64,000 nt of DNA from a virus, in IMG/VR virus record IMGVR_UViG_3300042301_001121, positions 3,885 through 67,884 of that record; one strand, written 5' to 3'. The translations under genes and the position numbers were made by a program. Shown here piece after piece: positions 48,220 to 57,841 of this stretch (positions within the stretch are counted from its first letter, which is position 1; every line of letters begins with the position of its first letter). The notes under the pieces were generated by a model that made no database searches, was not told where the DNA came from, and was given only the letters and a program-made list of their open reading frames with translations.

Positions 48220-48849
48220 ATGAGTATAAGAGTAAATAATGCGGATAATCAGTTAAACATTGGCATTAATGGTGTATTAGATGTTTATAATTTTGATGTT
48301 ATTAAGTCTGTAAGCAGAGCGCTAGACACTAATGGTAATTATTATATTGCTATAAACTTTATAGCTAATGATAAGAATAATTCTTTGAGAATACCATTAA
48401 AAGATGTAATACTTCCTGTAACATGGACTAATGATTTGACTGGTGCTGATAATGCTATAGCTGATATTAGGCTATGGATGGATGAAGTTATATCAGTAAA
48501 TGCAACTATAACATCTCCATTAGGCCAGCAGATAATGGCTAGTTCAGTATCTACTGTATTAGCTGCTGAACAAGCAAATGTTATGATAAATCCAGCATTT
48601 GAAAGATATACTAATGCTGATTCAGATACTTCTGGTGTTTCGGTACTATCTATTTCTTTTGCTAGTGTTGGAACAGCTAATGCTCGTGTTTCTGTAGATG
48701 GAGGAATGATTTATCAAGACCTTGCTCCAGGTGAAACATTAAATTTAGATGCTGGTGGAGTTATGAACTTTTATAATGGTAATAATTTCTTTTGGGATAC
48801 TACTACTAATGCAGGTTCTTCTTTATTAGTTGCTGTAAATTATTTATAA
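48220..48849 (+). CDS. putative tail-associated protein
   Basis: 209 aa, beta-rich. Confidence 0.5.
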   Translation: MSIRVNNADNQLNIGINGVLDVYNFDVIKSVSRALDTNGNYYIAINFIANDKNNSLRIPLKDVILPVTWTNDLTGADNAIADIRLWMDEVISVNATITSPLGQQIMASSVSTVLAAEQANVMINPAFERYTNADSDTSGVSVLSISFASVGTANARVSVDGGMIYQDLAPGETLNLDAGGVMNFYNGNNFFWDTTTNAGSSLLVAVNYL

Positions 48850-49409
48850 TGTCTACTGAGATAGAGATAAATAGTTACTATTCTAATCCATTAGGCTATA
48901 CTAGGGGATTATTTGCTCAAACAGCAAACAGTACTCCTATTACTAATACTACAACAGAGACATCTCTTATTAACGGAGGTGTAGGTACTTTAACCGTTCC
49001 TGCTAATGCATTTAAAATAGGAGATAGTTTTAGGGTTGTTACAGCTGGTGTGTTAAACGCTGCTAACAATCAGACTATACGAATAAGAGTTAAGGCTGGT
49101 TCTGTTGTATTACTAGATAGTACTGCTATAGGTATTACTAATATTGTTAATGATGTATTCTCTTTAAACATAGATTTTACCATTAGACAACTAGGTGGTC
49201 CTGGTGTAGCTTCTATAGTCTCATTAGGTACATTTCATTACGCCAAGACATCTAATGCCTCCGTTCAAGGATTTGCTTTTAATGTAGTTAACTCTACTAC
49301 ATTTAACACTACTATATCTAATACACTTGATGTAACAGTAGAATGGGGAGCAGCTAACACAGGTAATAGTATCTTTAGTGACATATTTATTTTAAACAAA
49401 ACATACTGA
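48849..49409 (+). CDS. putative tail fibre-associated protein
   Basis: 186 aa, T/N/G-rich. Confidence 0.5.
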   Translation: MSTEIEINSYYSNPLGYTRGLFAQTANSTPITNTTTETSLINGGVGTLTVPANAFKIGDSFRVVTAGVLNAANNQTIRIRVKAGSVVLLDSTAIGITNIVNDVFSLNIDFTIRQLGGPGVASIVSLGTFHYAKTSNASVQGFAFNVVNSTTFNTTISNTLDVTVEWGAANTGNSIFSDIFILNKTY

Positions 49410-49993
49410 TGGCAACAAGAATAGACATAAAACCAGCATCTGATCCTCCTGTTGGAGCTACGTTAATGAAGACAGGTCAAACTGTATCATACAGAACAGG
49501 TGATGATGGAGATCTTGAGGCTGGGCGTGCAACATCATTCACAGTATTAGCAAGTAATAATCCATTTGGTAACACCAATAGATTTACAGATGAATTAGGC
49601 GGTCAAACTTATACTGATAATATTGTAATAGATTGGAGTACTTATAATGGTTCAACTGTGTTGGGATATTATCGCATTGCTACAGTTGCAGCAAGTTGGA
49701 ACGCTGCTATTGATGCGGCTCTGGCTTTGTCTATTGGAACATTTACAAGTGGATGGAGGATGCCAAATAAATTAGAAATGGAAAGTATTTGCAATTATGG
49801 AACTGCTTTTATTTTGAACTACTCCCCATTTAATTTAAATTTTACACTTTGGATTTCAACTACTTATTTAGCATCAACAACATTGGCTTATACATTGGCT
49901 CAATCATGGGTAAATTTAACATCTAAAACAACATCAGGAGCGAGATGGATAGCATGTAGAACTTTCACCGTAACAGGAACAACACTAACTTAA
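49409..49993 (+). CDS. DUF1566-like (C-type-lectin-like) putative receptor-binding protein
   Basis: TGQ..SY..GDDG; W..A...GWRMPN..E..SI. Confidence 0.65.
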   Translation: MATRIDIKPASDPPVGATLMKTGQTVSYRTGDDGDLEAGRATSFTVLASNNPFGNTNRFTDELGGQTYTDNIVIDWSTYNGSTVLGYYRIATVAASWNAAIDAALALSIGTFTSGWRMPNKLEMESICNYGTAFILNYSPFNLNFTLWISTTYLASTTLAYTLAQSWVNLTSKTTSGARWIACRTFTVTGTTLT

Positions 49994-50007
49994 AATAAAA
50001 ATAAAAA

Positions 50008-50247
50008 ATGGCGACTTATAAATTCCCTCAATTCAACGTAGAGATTATCAATCCAACAGTAACTGTGACAACAGTCATTGATAATATCATTGATAAAACA
50101 TGTACAGCAAACGTATTACTGACAACTCCATCTGCAATATTTGGTGTTGACTTTGCAGGATATACCTATGCATCTGACTGGAATGATCAAGATATCATTG
50201 ACTGGGTTAACAACGTAGAGCTACCAAAGTATGAAGTTCAGTTATGA
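50008..50247 (+). CDS. hypothetical, possible fibre chaperone
   Basis: 79 aa directly after the DUF1566-like gene. Confidence 0.5.
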   Translation: MATYKFPQFNVEIINPTVTVTTVIDNIIDKTCTANVLLTTPSAIFGVDFAGYTYASDWNDQDIIDWVNNVELPKYEVQL

Positions 50248-50696
50248 GATACATTTTCATAATATCATTATTCCTAGTAGCTTGTTCTCCGCAAGTTAGA
50301 TTTGACAGATTAATAAAGAGACATCCTTGGTTGCTTACTAAGGACACTCTTTATGTTAAAGATACAATAAGAGATACAATACGAATAACTGTACCAGAAG
50401 TTCATGTTGATACAGTAGTAGAATACGAAACTTTATACGATACAATATTTTTAGAGAAAGACCAATTAAAAGTTAAGGTCTGGATGGATCGTGAAAAAAA
50501 AGTTTATATTCAAGGAAAGTGTGATACAGTATATATTGTAAAGCCTTATGAAAAAATAGTAGAAAGAAAGATTCCTATTCGTTACTATGAAAAAACTCCT
50601 TGGTATAAAGTACTCTTAAATAATCTTATAGGAATTTTGCTATCTTTGCTCGTAGTATATATTACGTATAGAATTATAAGATTTTACTTATTATGA
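50244..50696 (+). CDS. putative unimolecular spanin
   Basis: Lipobox LVAC, beta-rich DT repeats, C-terminal TM helix, next to holin and endolysin. Confidence 0.6.
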   Translation: MRYIFIISLFLVACSPQVRFDRLIKRHPWLLTKDTLYVKDTIRDTIRITVPEVHVDTVVEYETLYDTIFLEKDQLKVKVWMDREKKVYIQGKCDTVYIVKPYEKIVERKIPIRYYEKTPWYKVLLNNLIGILLSLLVVYITYRIIRFYLL

Positions 50697-51121
50697 AAGC
50701 AAAGTTACTTTTAATGATTACATCAATGCTGGCTGTTATATCACCAGTTTTTCCAATGATTTACATAGCAATACTAGCAATCCTTATAGATACAGCATTT
50801 GGTATTTGGAGAAGCGTTAAGAAAGGGGGATGGAAGTCAATTAGAAGTAGAAGATTATCTCATGTTATAAGTAAGTCATTACTTTACTCTGGAGCGATTC
50901 TTTTTACATTCTTAATAGAGAAATATATCGCAGCTGATTTAATCGCTCAGTTCGTAGCTATTGACCTTGTAATGACAAAAGTAATAGCATTCTTCTGCGT
51001 AGTAGTAGAAGTTAAATCAATAAATGAATCTTATGAATCCGTTACAGGAAAGAATATGCTTAAAGCATTAAGAGGATTCATCACAAGAGCTAAAGAAGAA
51101 GCAGATAAATTAAAGCAATGA
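50693..51121 (+). CDS. holin
   Basis: Several TM segments, DT..G.W, EVKSINE; directly upstream of endolysin. Confidence 0.75.
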   Translation: MKAKLLLMITSMLAVISPVFPMIYIAILAILIDTAFGIWRSVKKGGWKSIRSRRLSHVISKSLLYSGAILFTFLIEKYIAADLIAQFVAIDLVMTKVIAFFCVVVEVKSINESYESVTGKNMLKALRGFITRAKEEADKLKQ

Positions 51122-51993
51122 CAACACTTAAATTAGGTAGTAAAGGAGAGTCTGTAAAAACATTACAAGCGTTCCTAAAGATTACAGCTGATGGGATATT
51201 TGGTCCTGGAACTGAGAAGGCTGTTAAAGATTGGCAAAAGTCTCATGGATTAATTCCAGATGGTATTGTAGGTCGTAATACTTGGGCTGCTATGGGTATA
51301 TTAAATACTGATAACGCTGAGAACAACGAGATGACTAATGCTTTGGATATTAAGAAGCATTATATGCCTGCTAATACTTATTTCCCTGGGCCTGTAAAGA
51401 AACAATGGGTATTCTTACATCACACAGCAGGATGGGAGAATCCTTATCAAGTAATTGATATGTGGGCTAGAGATAACAGAGGTAACGTAGCTACTGAATT
51501 TGTACTAGGTGGACAGTCTGTTAAGGATGGTAACATTAAGTTTGATGGGGAGTTGGTTCAAGCTTTTCCAGAAGGAGGATATGGGTGGCATACAGGTACA
51601 GGTAATTCTGTTATGCATAGAAACTCTGTGGCTATTGAGGTATGTAACATGGGTCAGATAGTTAATGGAAAGACTTACGTTAATACTCCAGCTAAGTCAG
51701 ATCAAGTAATCAAGTTAGCTAAACCATTTAGAGGATTCCAATTCTGGCATGATTACTCTGATGCTCAGATTGAGACATTGAAAGGATGGATATTATTTGT
51801 TGCAGAGAAATACAACATTGATATTAGAAAGGGATTGATTCAGCATGTAAGAGCTAAAGGTGCTGATGGATTTGATGTGATTGATGCTAAAGCTGAGACA
51901 ACGCCAGGATTATATTCTCATACGAATGTATTAAGAGGAAAGGTAGATATGTACCCTCATCCTTATTTAATTGATATGTTATTATCTTTGTAG
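51118..51993 (+). CDS. endolysin: peptidoglycan-binding domain plus N-acetylmuramoyl-L-alanine amidase
   Basis: LKLGSKGESV..LQ...DGIFGPGT..AV..WQ; LHHTAG, SVAIEVC, YSH, KVD. Confidence 0.9.
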   Translation: MTTLKLGSKGESVKTLQAFLKITADGIFGPGTEKAVKDWQKSHGLIPDGIVGRNTWAAMGILNTDNAENNEMTNALDIKKHYMPANTYFPGPVKKQWVFLHHTAGWENPYQVIDMWARDNRGNVATEFVLGGQSVKDGNIKFDGELVQAFPEGGYGWHTGTGNSVMHRNSVAIEVCNMGQIVNGKTYVNTPAKSDQVIKLAKPFRGFQFWHDYSDAQIETLKGWILFVAEKYNIDIRKGLIQHVRAKGADGFDVIDAKAETTPGLYSHTNVLRGKVDMYPHPYLIDMLLSL

Positions 51994-51994
51994 T

Positions 51995-52279
51995 ATGAGA
52001 AATAAGCTAGCAGGTACGAAAAGAGGAAAGAGTAGAACAGCTAGGTTCTATCAGAATAATTCAGAGGCTCGTAAGAAAAGAGATGAGTACAATAAGGAAT
52101 ATCACAGTACTCCTGCTAGAAAGAAATATAGAGCTGTATTACAAGCTATCAATAGAGAAAAAGGAACTCATGGTAATGGGGATGGTATGGATGAAGCCCA
52201 TGTATCTAAGAACAAGACCGTAAAACAAGCACAGTCTAAAAATAGAGGAGATAAAAAGCGTAAATTCTTTAAAAGATAA
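51995..52279 (+). CDS. small basic protein with degenerate HNH-like tail (start MRNKLAG)
   Basis: GDGMDEAH...NRG; ATG 4 nt after TATCTTTG (51983-51990). Confidence 0.55.
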   Translation: MRNKLAGTKRGKSRTARFYQNNSEARKKRDEYNKEYHSTPARKKYRAVLQAINREKGTHGNGDGMDEAHVSKNKTVKQAQSKNRGDKKRKFFKR

Positions 52280-52294
52280 TCGGATTTTTATCGA

Positions 52295-52525
52295 TTAATA
52301 TGTTACTTCTAGAGCAAGTTTAACAGAAGGAAAAGTCTCTGCTATCTTTTTAAGAAGGAGAAGCCCATGAGGACCTCTCCCTTCTTCAACTTGTATAACG
52401 ACCTTTGGTTTAACACCTATCTTCTCAGCAAATGGATCTACATGCATCCTAAGATGTTGTATTCTTATCATTTGAACAATCTCACCTATATCTTCTGGTG
52501 TTGCATCTACTTGGTACGTTTCCAT
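52295..52525 (-). CDS. XRE-like HTH protein
   Basis: IR...FAEKIGV...VIQVEEGR. Confidence 0.6.
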   Translation of the reverse strand: METYQVDATPEDIGEIVQMIRIQHLRMHVDPFAEKIGVKPKVVIQVEEGRGPHGLLLLKKIAETFPSVKLALEVTY

Positions 52526-52534
52526 ATTTTAAAT

Positions 52535-52963
52535 TTAGAATGGTAAATCATTTGAATCATCTTCCATAGAAGCGATTACTTGTTTAGCTGTTTTAGGTTC
52601 AGCCTTAGCTTTAGGGGCAAACGATTCAGACTGATCTTCCTTATTGTTTCTATTTATCACTCGAATAGTATTGAAGGAAATTTCTTTAGATTCTTTCTTC
52701 TCACCATCTTTCTCCCAAGTTCTTGTAACTATAGATCCCTCAAGATAAACCATGTCACCTTTATTGATTCTATCAGCACGTTCTACGACAGCAGGAATAC
52801 CACAAGAGCATCTATGCCACTCTGTTTTATTTACCCACTCTTCTCCTTTCTTGTAGCTCTCTGATGTAGCTACTGAGATATTTACGATTTTACCTCCATT
52901 GTCAAATGACTTAATGTCAACTGACCCAACATTTCCTAATAGGATTACTTTGTTTACACTCAT
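52535..52963 (-). CDS. ssb: single-stranded DNA-binding protein
   Basis: MSVNKVILLGNVG, TEWHR, KGDMVYLEG, acidic DLPF tail. Confidence 0.95.
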   Translation of the reverse strand: MSVNKVILLGNVGSVDIKSFDNGGKIVNISVATSESYKKGEEWVNKTEWHRCSCGIPAVVERADRINKGDMVYLEGSIVTRTWEKDGEKKESKEISFNTIRVINRNNKEDQSESFAPKAKAEPKTAKQVIASMEDDSNDLPF

Positions 52964-53340
52964 TTTTCTTCTTTTAAATTGTTTAATAATTGTAGTATAG
53001 CTCTTTGTGAGTGAAGCCATATTACATCTGTCTTTGGGTTATCTTTAAGCTGATAACGTAGCATCTTATATTTAATCTTAGATACATCTGTAGCAAATCC
53101 TTTTATATCAATGTAGTAGTCTATATCGTTATGCTTGACTACAAAATCCACAGTTAACGTGATAGGTCTTATTGCTTTCTTGTTGTATCTGAAACCATCT
53201 ATAAGTATTATTTTCTTTTGAAATTCAAACTCAAAATTTAATTTAGTAAGTAGATCATAGCAAACTAATTCAAGTTTAGAGTCAAACTTAACTCCATTTA
53301 CTTCTAGTTTTTTATTTCCGTACTTAGTTCTTTTTATCAT
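52960..53340 (-). CDS. DUF1064-like PD-(D/E)xK endonuclease
   Basis: KYGNKK...FDSKLE...VDF...DIKG. Confidence 0.75.
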   Translation of the reverse strand: MIKRTKYGNKKLEVNGVKFDSKLELVCYDLLTKLNFEFEFQKKIILIDGFRYNKKAIRPITLTVDFVVKHNDIDYYIDIKGFATDVSKIKYKMLRYQLKDNPKTDVIWLHSQRAILQLLNNLKEEK

Positions 53341-53948
53341 ACGACATATTCTTCATCGTACACTTTAACGATTATGCTTCCATTTGCTTTAATAGGAAAC
53401 TTAACCTCAACCTTCTTTTTAAGGTTTCTTTCAATCTTATCATTAAGCCAGAATAAGAATCTATCGAATATGTTTAGCTTATTTTTTATCTTAGCTACTA
53501 TACGATCTTCATTCTCTTGTTTAGCTATTGATGCTAACTCCTGTAGTATATCATTCTCTTTGTATAGTGAGAAGTCTCTTTCTATTATAGGGCGCAGATT
53601 AGGCGTTGAATAAGTCTCTGGCTTCATTACTTTACCATCAGCTCTAAACACAGCCTTACCATCTGGCCCTACCTTTGACATATTGGAACGATGAACTTCA
53701 TCAAATAGCATAACAGCTCTGTCTGCTAATCCATTCTCATGTAGTGTTCCATAGGTAATATAAAGAATATCAATTAGTGCATCAGACACCTCAATAATGT
53801 TTTTAGCATCTCTAAGTTCTCCTACTTCTTCTTCAAGTAGTAATTGTCTTAAAGCTCTTCTTTTTTTAGATAACATCTTAGGAGATGTAGGGCAAGTAAT
53901 TCCAAAAGCGTTCTGAAATTCAAGCACTTGCAATAATTGTTTTTCCAT
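53337..53948 (-). CDS. MazG-like/PRA-PH nucleotide pyrophosphohydrolase
   Basis: LLEEEVGEL, DALIDILY, EVHRSNMSK, DGKVMKP. Confidence 0.85.
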   Translation of the reverse strand: MEKQLLQVLEFQNAFGITCPTSPKMLSKKRRALRQLLLEEEVGELRDAKNIIEVSDALIDILYITYGTLHENGLADRAVMLFDEVHRSNMSKVGPDGKAVFRADGKVMKPETYSTPNLRPIIERDFSLYKENDILQELASIAKQENEDRIVAKIKNKLNIFDRFLFWLNDKIERNLKKKVEVKFPIKANGSIIVKVYDEEYVV

Positions 53949-53976
53949 GTTCTTTATATTTAGATTGACAAATGTA

Positions 53977-54261
53977 CTAAAAAGTATATTTATAACAAAT
54001 TTTAGATAAAAATTTAGTTTTTTTTATTTCTACAATACTAAAATTGTATTTACTAAAATCACCTTTATGTATCTTTTCATCGAATGTTTTTTGATATAGT
54101 CTATGTTTTTCTCTCTCTGGTATGTCTTTATCTACTGCTAGCACAGGTATATCTTCGTAGGTTACATATCTAATCTCACTAGGCTTGTACTTAGACTTGG
54201 ATGGAAATACTACACGTATAACGATAGTCATACAGTATATGTCTGGATTAATCAAACTCAT
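53977..54261 (-). CDS. hypothetical protein
   Basis: 94-aa ORF. Confidence 0.55.
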   Translation of the reverse strand: MSLINPDIYCMTIVIRVVFPSKSKYKPSEIRYVTYEDIPVLAVDKDIPEREKHRLYQKTFDEKIHKGDFSKYNFSIVEIKKTKFLSKICYKYTF

Positions 54262-54369
54262 AATTTACACAATGACTGTAATCACGTTTAAAATTATTTA
54301 AATATTTTCTTCTCATCTTTACAATCCATCTACTTAAAGGTTGCTTACTGAAGTTTATTCTTCTCCTTC

Positions 54370-54603
54370 TCATGTGTCACTATTTGTTAATTTATCTTTC
54401 AGTAAGTTTTTTACTTTACTCCAGTATATTATTTCATCTTTAGTATTGTGACTCTCTAGAGTTAGATTAGCGGCAAATATAGCCATGTCTAATGCTATAG
54501 ACATAATAATCTTTTTAGAATCTATGTTGTAATGGATTATTTTTACCCATGTATAATACTCATCAAGTATCATCTCAGCCATTTCTTCTGGTTCTTTATT
54601 CAT
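54370..54603 (-). CDS. hypothetical protein, possibly a remote paralogue of the 7864 N-domain
   Basis: P.E.A....D.Y ... YW..VK pattern. Confidence 0.55.
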   Translation of the reverse strand: MNKEPEEMAEMILDEYYTWVKIIHYNIDSKKIIMSIALDMAIFAANLTLESHNTKDEIIYWSKVKNLLKDKLTNSDT

Positions 54604-55066
54604 CTTTCTTAATTATTTTATCACAAATAAACATTAAATCAATTGTTTTTACGAGCGTAAATATATCTAATCTTTGCTTTCGCTGTGTAAGTTTATAAAA
54701 ATCAGGTATTTCTGACCATTCTTTAGCGGCACATTTTTCTTTTATAAAATGCTGTAGCCTTAATTTATCTACCATGATCCAGTAATCTTCTGTCTCAAAG
54801 GCAAAGTAATGAGCTTCTCCGTATAGCCAACCAGGATTACCTAAAACATTTTTCAACTCTACGTAGTGGATATTTTCATTTGTACTACTATCTCCACGAT
54901 GTTTTTTCTTCATAGCCTTAACATCAATCTGCATAGTAATAGATACATCCCAATGCTCATGCATGTCTTGTTCTTTAGTTGAGAAGTCTATCTTACCCAT
55001 GGTTTCTATTGCCTTAGCAAACTTTCTTTCTACTCCTTTAAATAGCTCTACATTCTTTTCGTACAT
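54596..55066 (-). CDS. putative PD-(D/E)xK-fold nuclease
   Basis: EHWD...IDVK...VELKNV.G..GWLYG. Confidence 0.55.
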   Translation of the reverse strand: MYEKNVELFKGVERKFAKAIETMGKIDFSTKEQDMHEHWDVSITMQIDVKAMKKKHRGDSSTNENIHYVELKNVLGNPGWLYGEAHYFAFETEDYWIMVDKLRLQHFIKEKCAAKEWSEIPDFYKLTQRKQRLDIFTLVKTIDLMFICDKIIKKDE

Positions 55067-55068
55067 AA

Positions 55069-56451
55069 TTAAAAATCAAAATCGTTAGTATTATCAAATC
55101 TTTCTATGGAGGTTTGTACTGTGTTATCATCGTAATCACCAGTATCTCCTATGTTTTGCCACGCTGGTATCTCAGAGTCAAACTCTAGCTCTATATCAGC
55201 TAACTCACCATCTCTATGCTTAGCTATGTAAACAAATCCCTGCTTAGCTATTGGACTAGTATCTCTCTCGTTTCCTGGTAGGTAATAAGAAGGTCTGAAT
55301 AGGAAAGAAACTATATCAGCATCTTGCTCTATATCTCCAGACTCTCTAAGGTCACTTAGTATTGGTCTCTTATCAGTTCTTAGCTCTACTGCTCTAGATA
55401 ACTGTGCAAGGGCTACAATAGGTATTTTAAGCTCATTTGCCATGTCTTTTAGCTTTCTTGATACATCACCTACCTCATTAGTTCTATTCTGCGCTCCTGG
55501 GCTTGTAATCTTCTGAATGTAATCAACTACGACATAGTCCAATCCCTCAGCGTATTTCATTTTGTGAACCATGGTTATTACATCTGTGATAGTGAATGAT
55601 CCTCCTACGATACGAACACCAGATGCGGAGATTCTTCTCTTGGATCTTTCAAACCTACCACGTTCATTAGGCATAAGCCGACCTTTCTTAATCGAATAAC
55701 CTTGAACACCAGAGTCAACAGCTATAAGTCGTTTCATCACTTGTACCTCATCCATCTCACACGATATGAATAAGCCTTTCTTGTTGTTACGTATGGATGC
55801 TGCTTTCATAATACTAAGTCCGAACTGTGTCTTACCAGCACCAGGTCTAGCTGCTACGATGATTAGGTTAGTAGGTTGCATACCAGATGTTATCTCATCG
55901 AACTTATGGAATCCTGTACGAATACCAGATACACCATTGCTATCGGCAGCTATCTTCATCTTCTCCTCAAGTTCATTGAGTAGTGTCTCGTTGTCGTAGC
56001 TTTTCTTGTTTAGTAATGATTTGTATTTGTTATTTACTAAATGGTCTTGTAATAGATTTATTACCACGTTAGGGTCGTAATCATCTCTGTTAGACATGAG
56101 TGATAGCTTACCAGCTAGTTCAACATGCTCACTTCGTATTGCTTCTGCTACTAGGCTGTCAATACAGCTCTCGTACTCTTTAAGGGCGGCAGGTATAGAT
56201 ATAATTTTACTAATCTCTAGTATAGCTTCCTTGTTGTAGATAGACTTACTCTTCTTTATCGAATCATTTATCGTTGTGATGTTTATAGGCTCGTGGTTAA
56301 GATATAGGTCAGTTATGGCTTCAAATATTAGTTTTGTCGTTGGATCAATAAACATAGAAGCATCAACCTTATCCATGATGTCGTGAACGCCACCTGGGTT
56401 ACTGAGTACTTCCTTAATGATTAATTGCTCTGACCTTGTTCTTAAATTCAT
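55069..56451 (-). CDS. dnaB: replicative DNA helicase, DnaB family
   Basis: AARPGAGKT, SCEM, VDYIQ, LAQLSR, DLRESGDIEQDAD, IAKHRDG. Confidence 0.95.
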   Translation of the reverse strand: MNLRTRSEQLIIKEVLSNPGGVHDIMDKVDASMFIDPTTKLIFEAITDLYLNHEPINITTINDSIKKSKSIYNKEAILEISKIISIPAALKEYESCIDSLVAEAIRSEHVELAGKLSLMSNRDDYDPNVVINLLQDHLVNNKYKSLLNKKSYDNETLLNELEEKMKIAADSNGVSGIRTGFHKFDEITSGMQPTNLIIVAARPGAGKTQFGLSIMKAASIRNNKKGLFISCEMDEVQVMKRLIAVDSGVQGYSIKKGRLMPNERGRFERSKRRISASGVRIVGGSFTITDVITMVHKMKYAEGLDYVVVDYIQKITSPGAQNRTNEVGDVSRKLKDMANELKIPIVALAQLSRAVELRTDKRPILSDLRESGDIEQDADIVSFLFRPSYYLPGNERDTSPIAKQGFVYIAKHRDGELADIELEFDSEIPAWQNIGDTGDYDDNTVQTSIERFDNTNDFDF

Positions 56452-56452
56452 A

Positions 56453-56767
56453 TTAGCTTTCTATAAAGTCTTTAACACATCCTATTTCTTCTTCGTAGAT
56501 TCTAGATTTCTTTCTACGTGTATATTGGTACACAACTGTCGAATGGTCTAGATTTAGTAATGCTCCAAGTTTAATTGTGGTATTATATTTTATAAACTTA
56601 TCTTTATTTTCATTCCACCACAATACTAAGTATTGAACCCTATCTTTCTGGCCCATCTTCCTAGTCTTTTTATCTAGGCTATAACTACTGATTGCTAGTT
56701 CAAGTAGTCTATCATAGTTTATATCTCTCTCTGTTGTATTTTTCTTTATCCAATCGTTCCAACTCAT
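56453..56767 (-). CDS. hypothetical, DnaA-C-like HTH motif
   Basis: LG..LNLDHSTVV. Confidence 0.45.
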   Translation of the reverse strand: MSWNDWIKKNTTERDINYDRLLELAISSYSLDKKTRKMGQKDRVQYLVLWWNENKDKFIKYNTTIKLGALLNLDHSTVVYQYTRRKKSRIYEEEIGCVKDFIES

Positions 56768-56833
56768 CTTGAAAAGTTTAGAGGGCAGAATGACCAGCCA
56801 CTATTAGTAGCTAGTCAAATCCCTGATTAATAA

Positions 56834-57136
56834 TTAAGCTATTGTTTTTCTTACTGACTTAGGAGAACATCCTAAGTAGACGTTAAAGTTAAATTGTTTT
56901 TCGTGTAAGAATTTGTTTCTAGATCCTTTAAGAAGTTTAGATCTATGCTTGTCTATTATCTCTTCCATCTTATCGTAATCTATCTCGTAGTCCATGAATT
57001 TAATATCTTTGCGGCCATCCTTATCTAGTGGAGCTTCTTCTACTAACTTATTAAAGTCAGCAGATGGAGTTGAGTTAGCGTACAATTCAACCAGACAATC
57101 CCATATTGCCTGTGTTATCTTATCCATTTTCTTCAT
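56834..57136 (-). CDS. hypothetical protein (start probably MKKMDK)
   Basis: ORF ending LGCSPK; TAATG coupling with the upstream gene. Confidence 0.55.
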   Translation of the reverse strand: MKKMDKITQAIWDCLVELYANSTPSADFNKLVEEAPLDKDGRKDIKFMDYEIDYDKMEEIIDKHRSKLLKGSRNKFLHEKQFNFNVYLGCSPKSVRKTIA

Positions 57137-57330
57137 TAGTCTAAGTTTAAGTTTATTACAAACCCAAGAAGGAATGATGTTAAGATACAATAGAGAAGGA
57201 TAAATCTTCTTAGTAAGTGATTAGGATTATCTTTATTTTCTGACTCATCAAATACTGAGTACATGATAAATATTATCACAAATCCTAATATGATACTAAT
57301 CATTTTCCCGAACATCATTGTCTCCTTCAT
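57136..57330 (-). CDS. small membrane protein
   Basis: Two TM segments. Confidence 0.55.
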   Translation of the reverse strand: MKETMMFGKMISIILGFVIIFIMYSVFDESENKDNPNHLLRRFILLYCILTSFLLGFVINLNLD

Positions 57331-57841
57331 TTTCTAGGTAAGCTATAGATTCGCCAAAGGTATCTAAAAAATCTATAAGTTCATTAACATTCTTGCCATT
57401 TTTATCCACTATATTGATTATACTACTATACTGTTTCTCAATCCAATATACGACAGGCTCTGTCATTATCTTAACAATTATAGGAGCTAATCTTTTCTTA
57501 CCTTCATCCATTGATTCGATGTCGTTAAGGCAGCTTTTAAGCTTTACATAGAATCTAATTAGTGGTTCTTTATGTTCTTTATCTAGCTGGACTTTAAGCA
57601 ACGACTCCTCGAATGATGTGTATAGGTCTCCAAGTATTTGTGGATTCTCAGTTGACATTCCATCCATCATTGATTTGGTATGAGATTCCATAACCTCTAA
57701 CCATTTGATTGATTCTCTTTTAAAGTTAAACTTGAAATACTTTTTCTCATACATGATGGTGTCAAGGTCATTGAATGCTGATGATATTTTAAGTACGCAG
57801 CGTATCATCTTAACTGTGTCTAGCATTGAAGGTGTTTCCAT
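57296..57841 (-). CDS. hypothetical protein
   Basis: 181 aa. Confidence 0.65.
   Translation of the reverse strand: METPSMLDTVKMIRCVLKISSAFNDLDTIMYEKKYFKFNFKRESIKWLEVMESHTKSMMDGMSTENPQILGDLYTSFEESLLKVQLDKEHKEPLIRFYVKLKSCLNDIESMDEGKKRLAPIIVKIMTEPVVYWIEKQYSSIINIVDKNGKNVNELIDFLDTFGESIAYLENEGDNDVREND

Noticed and set aside
49409-49993. Diversity-generating retroelement targeting the DUF1566-like gene
   Set aside because: No reverse transcriptase, and no template-repeat copy of the 3' end was noticed in the window.
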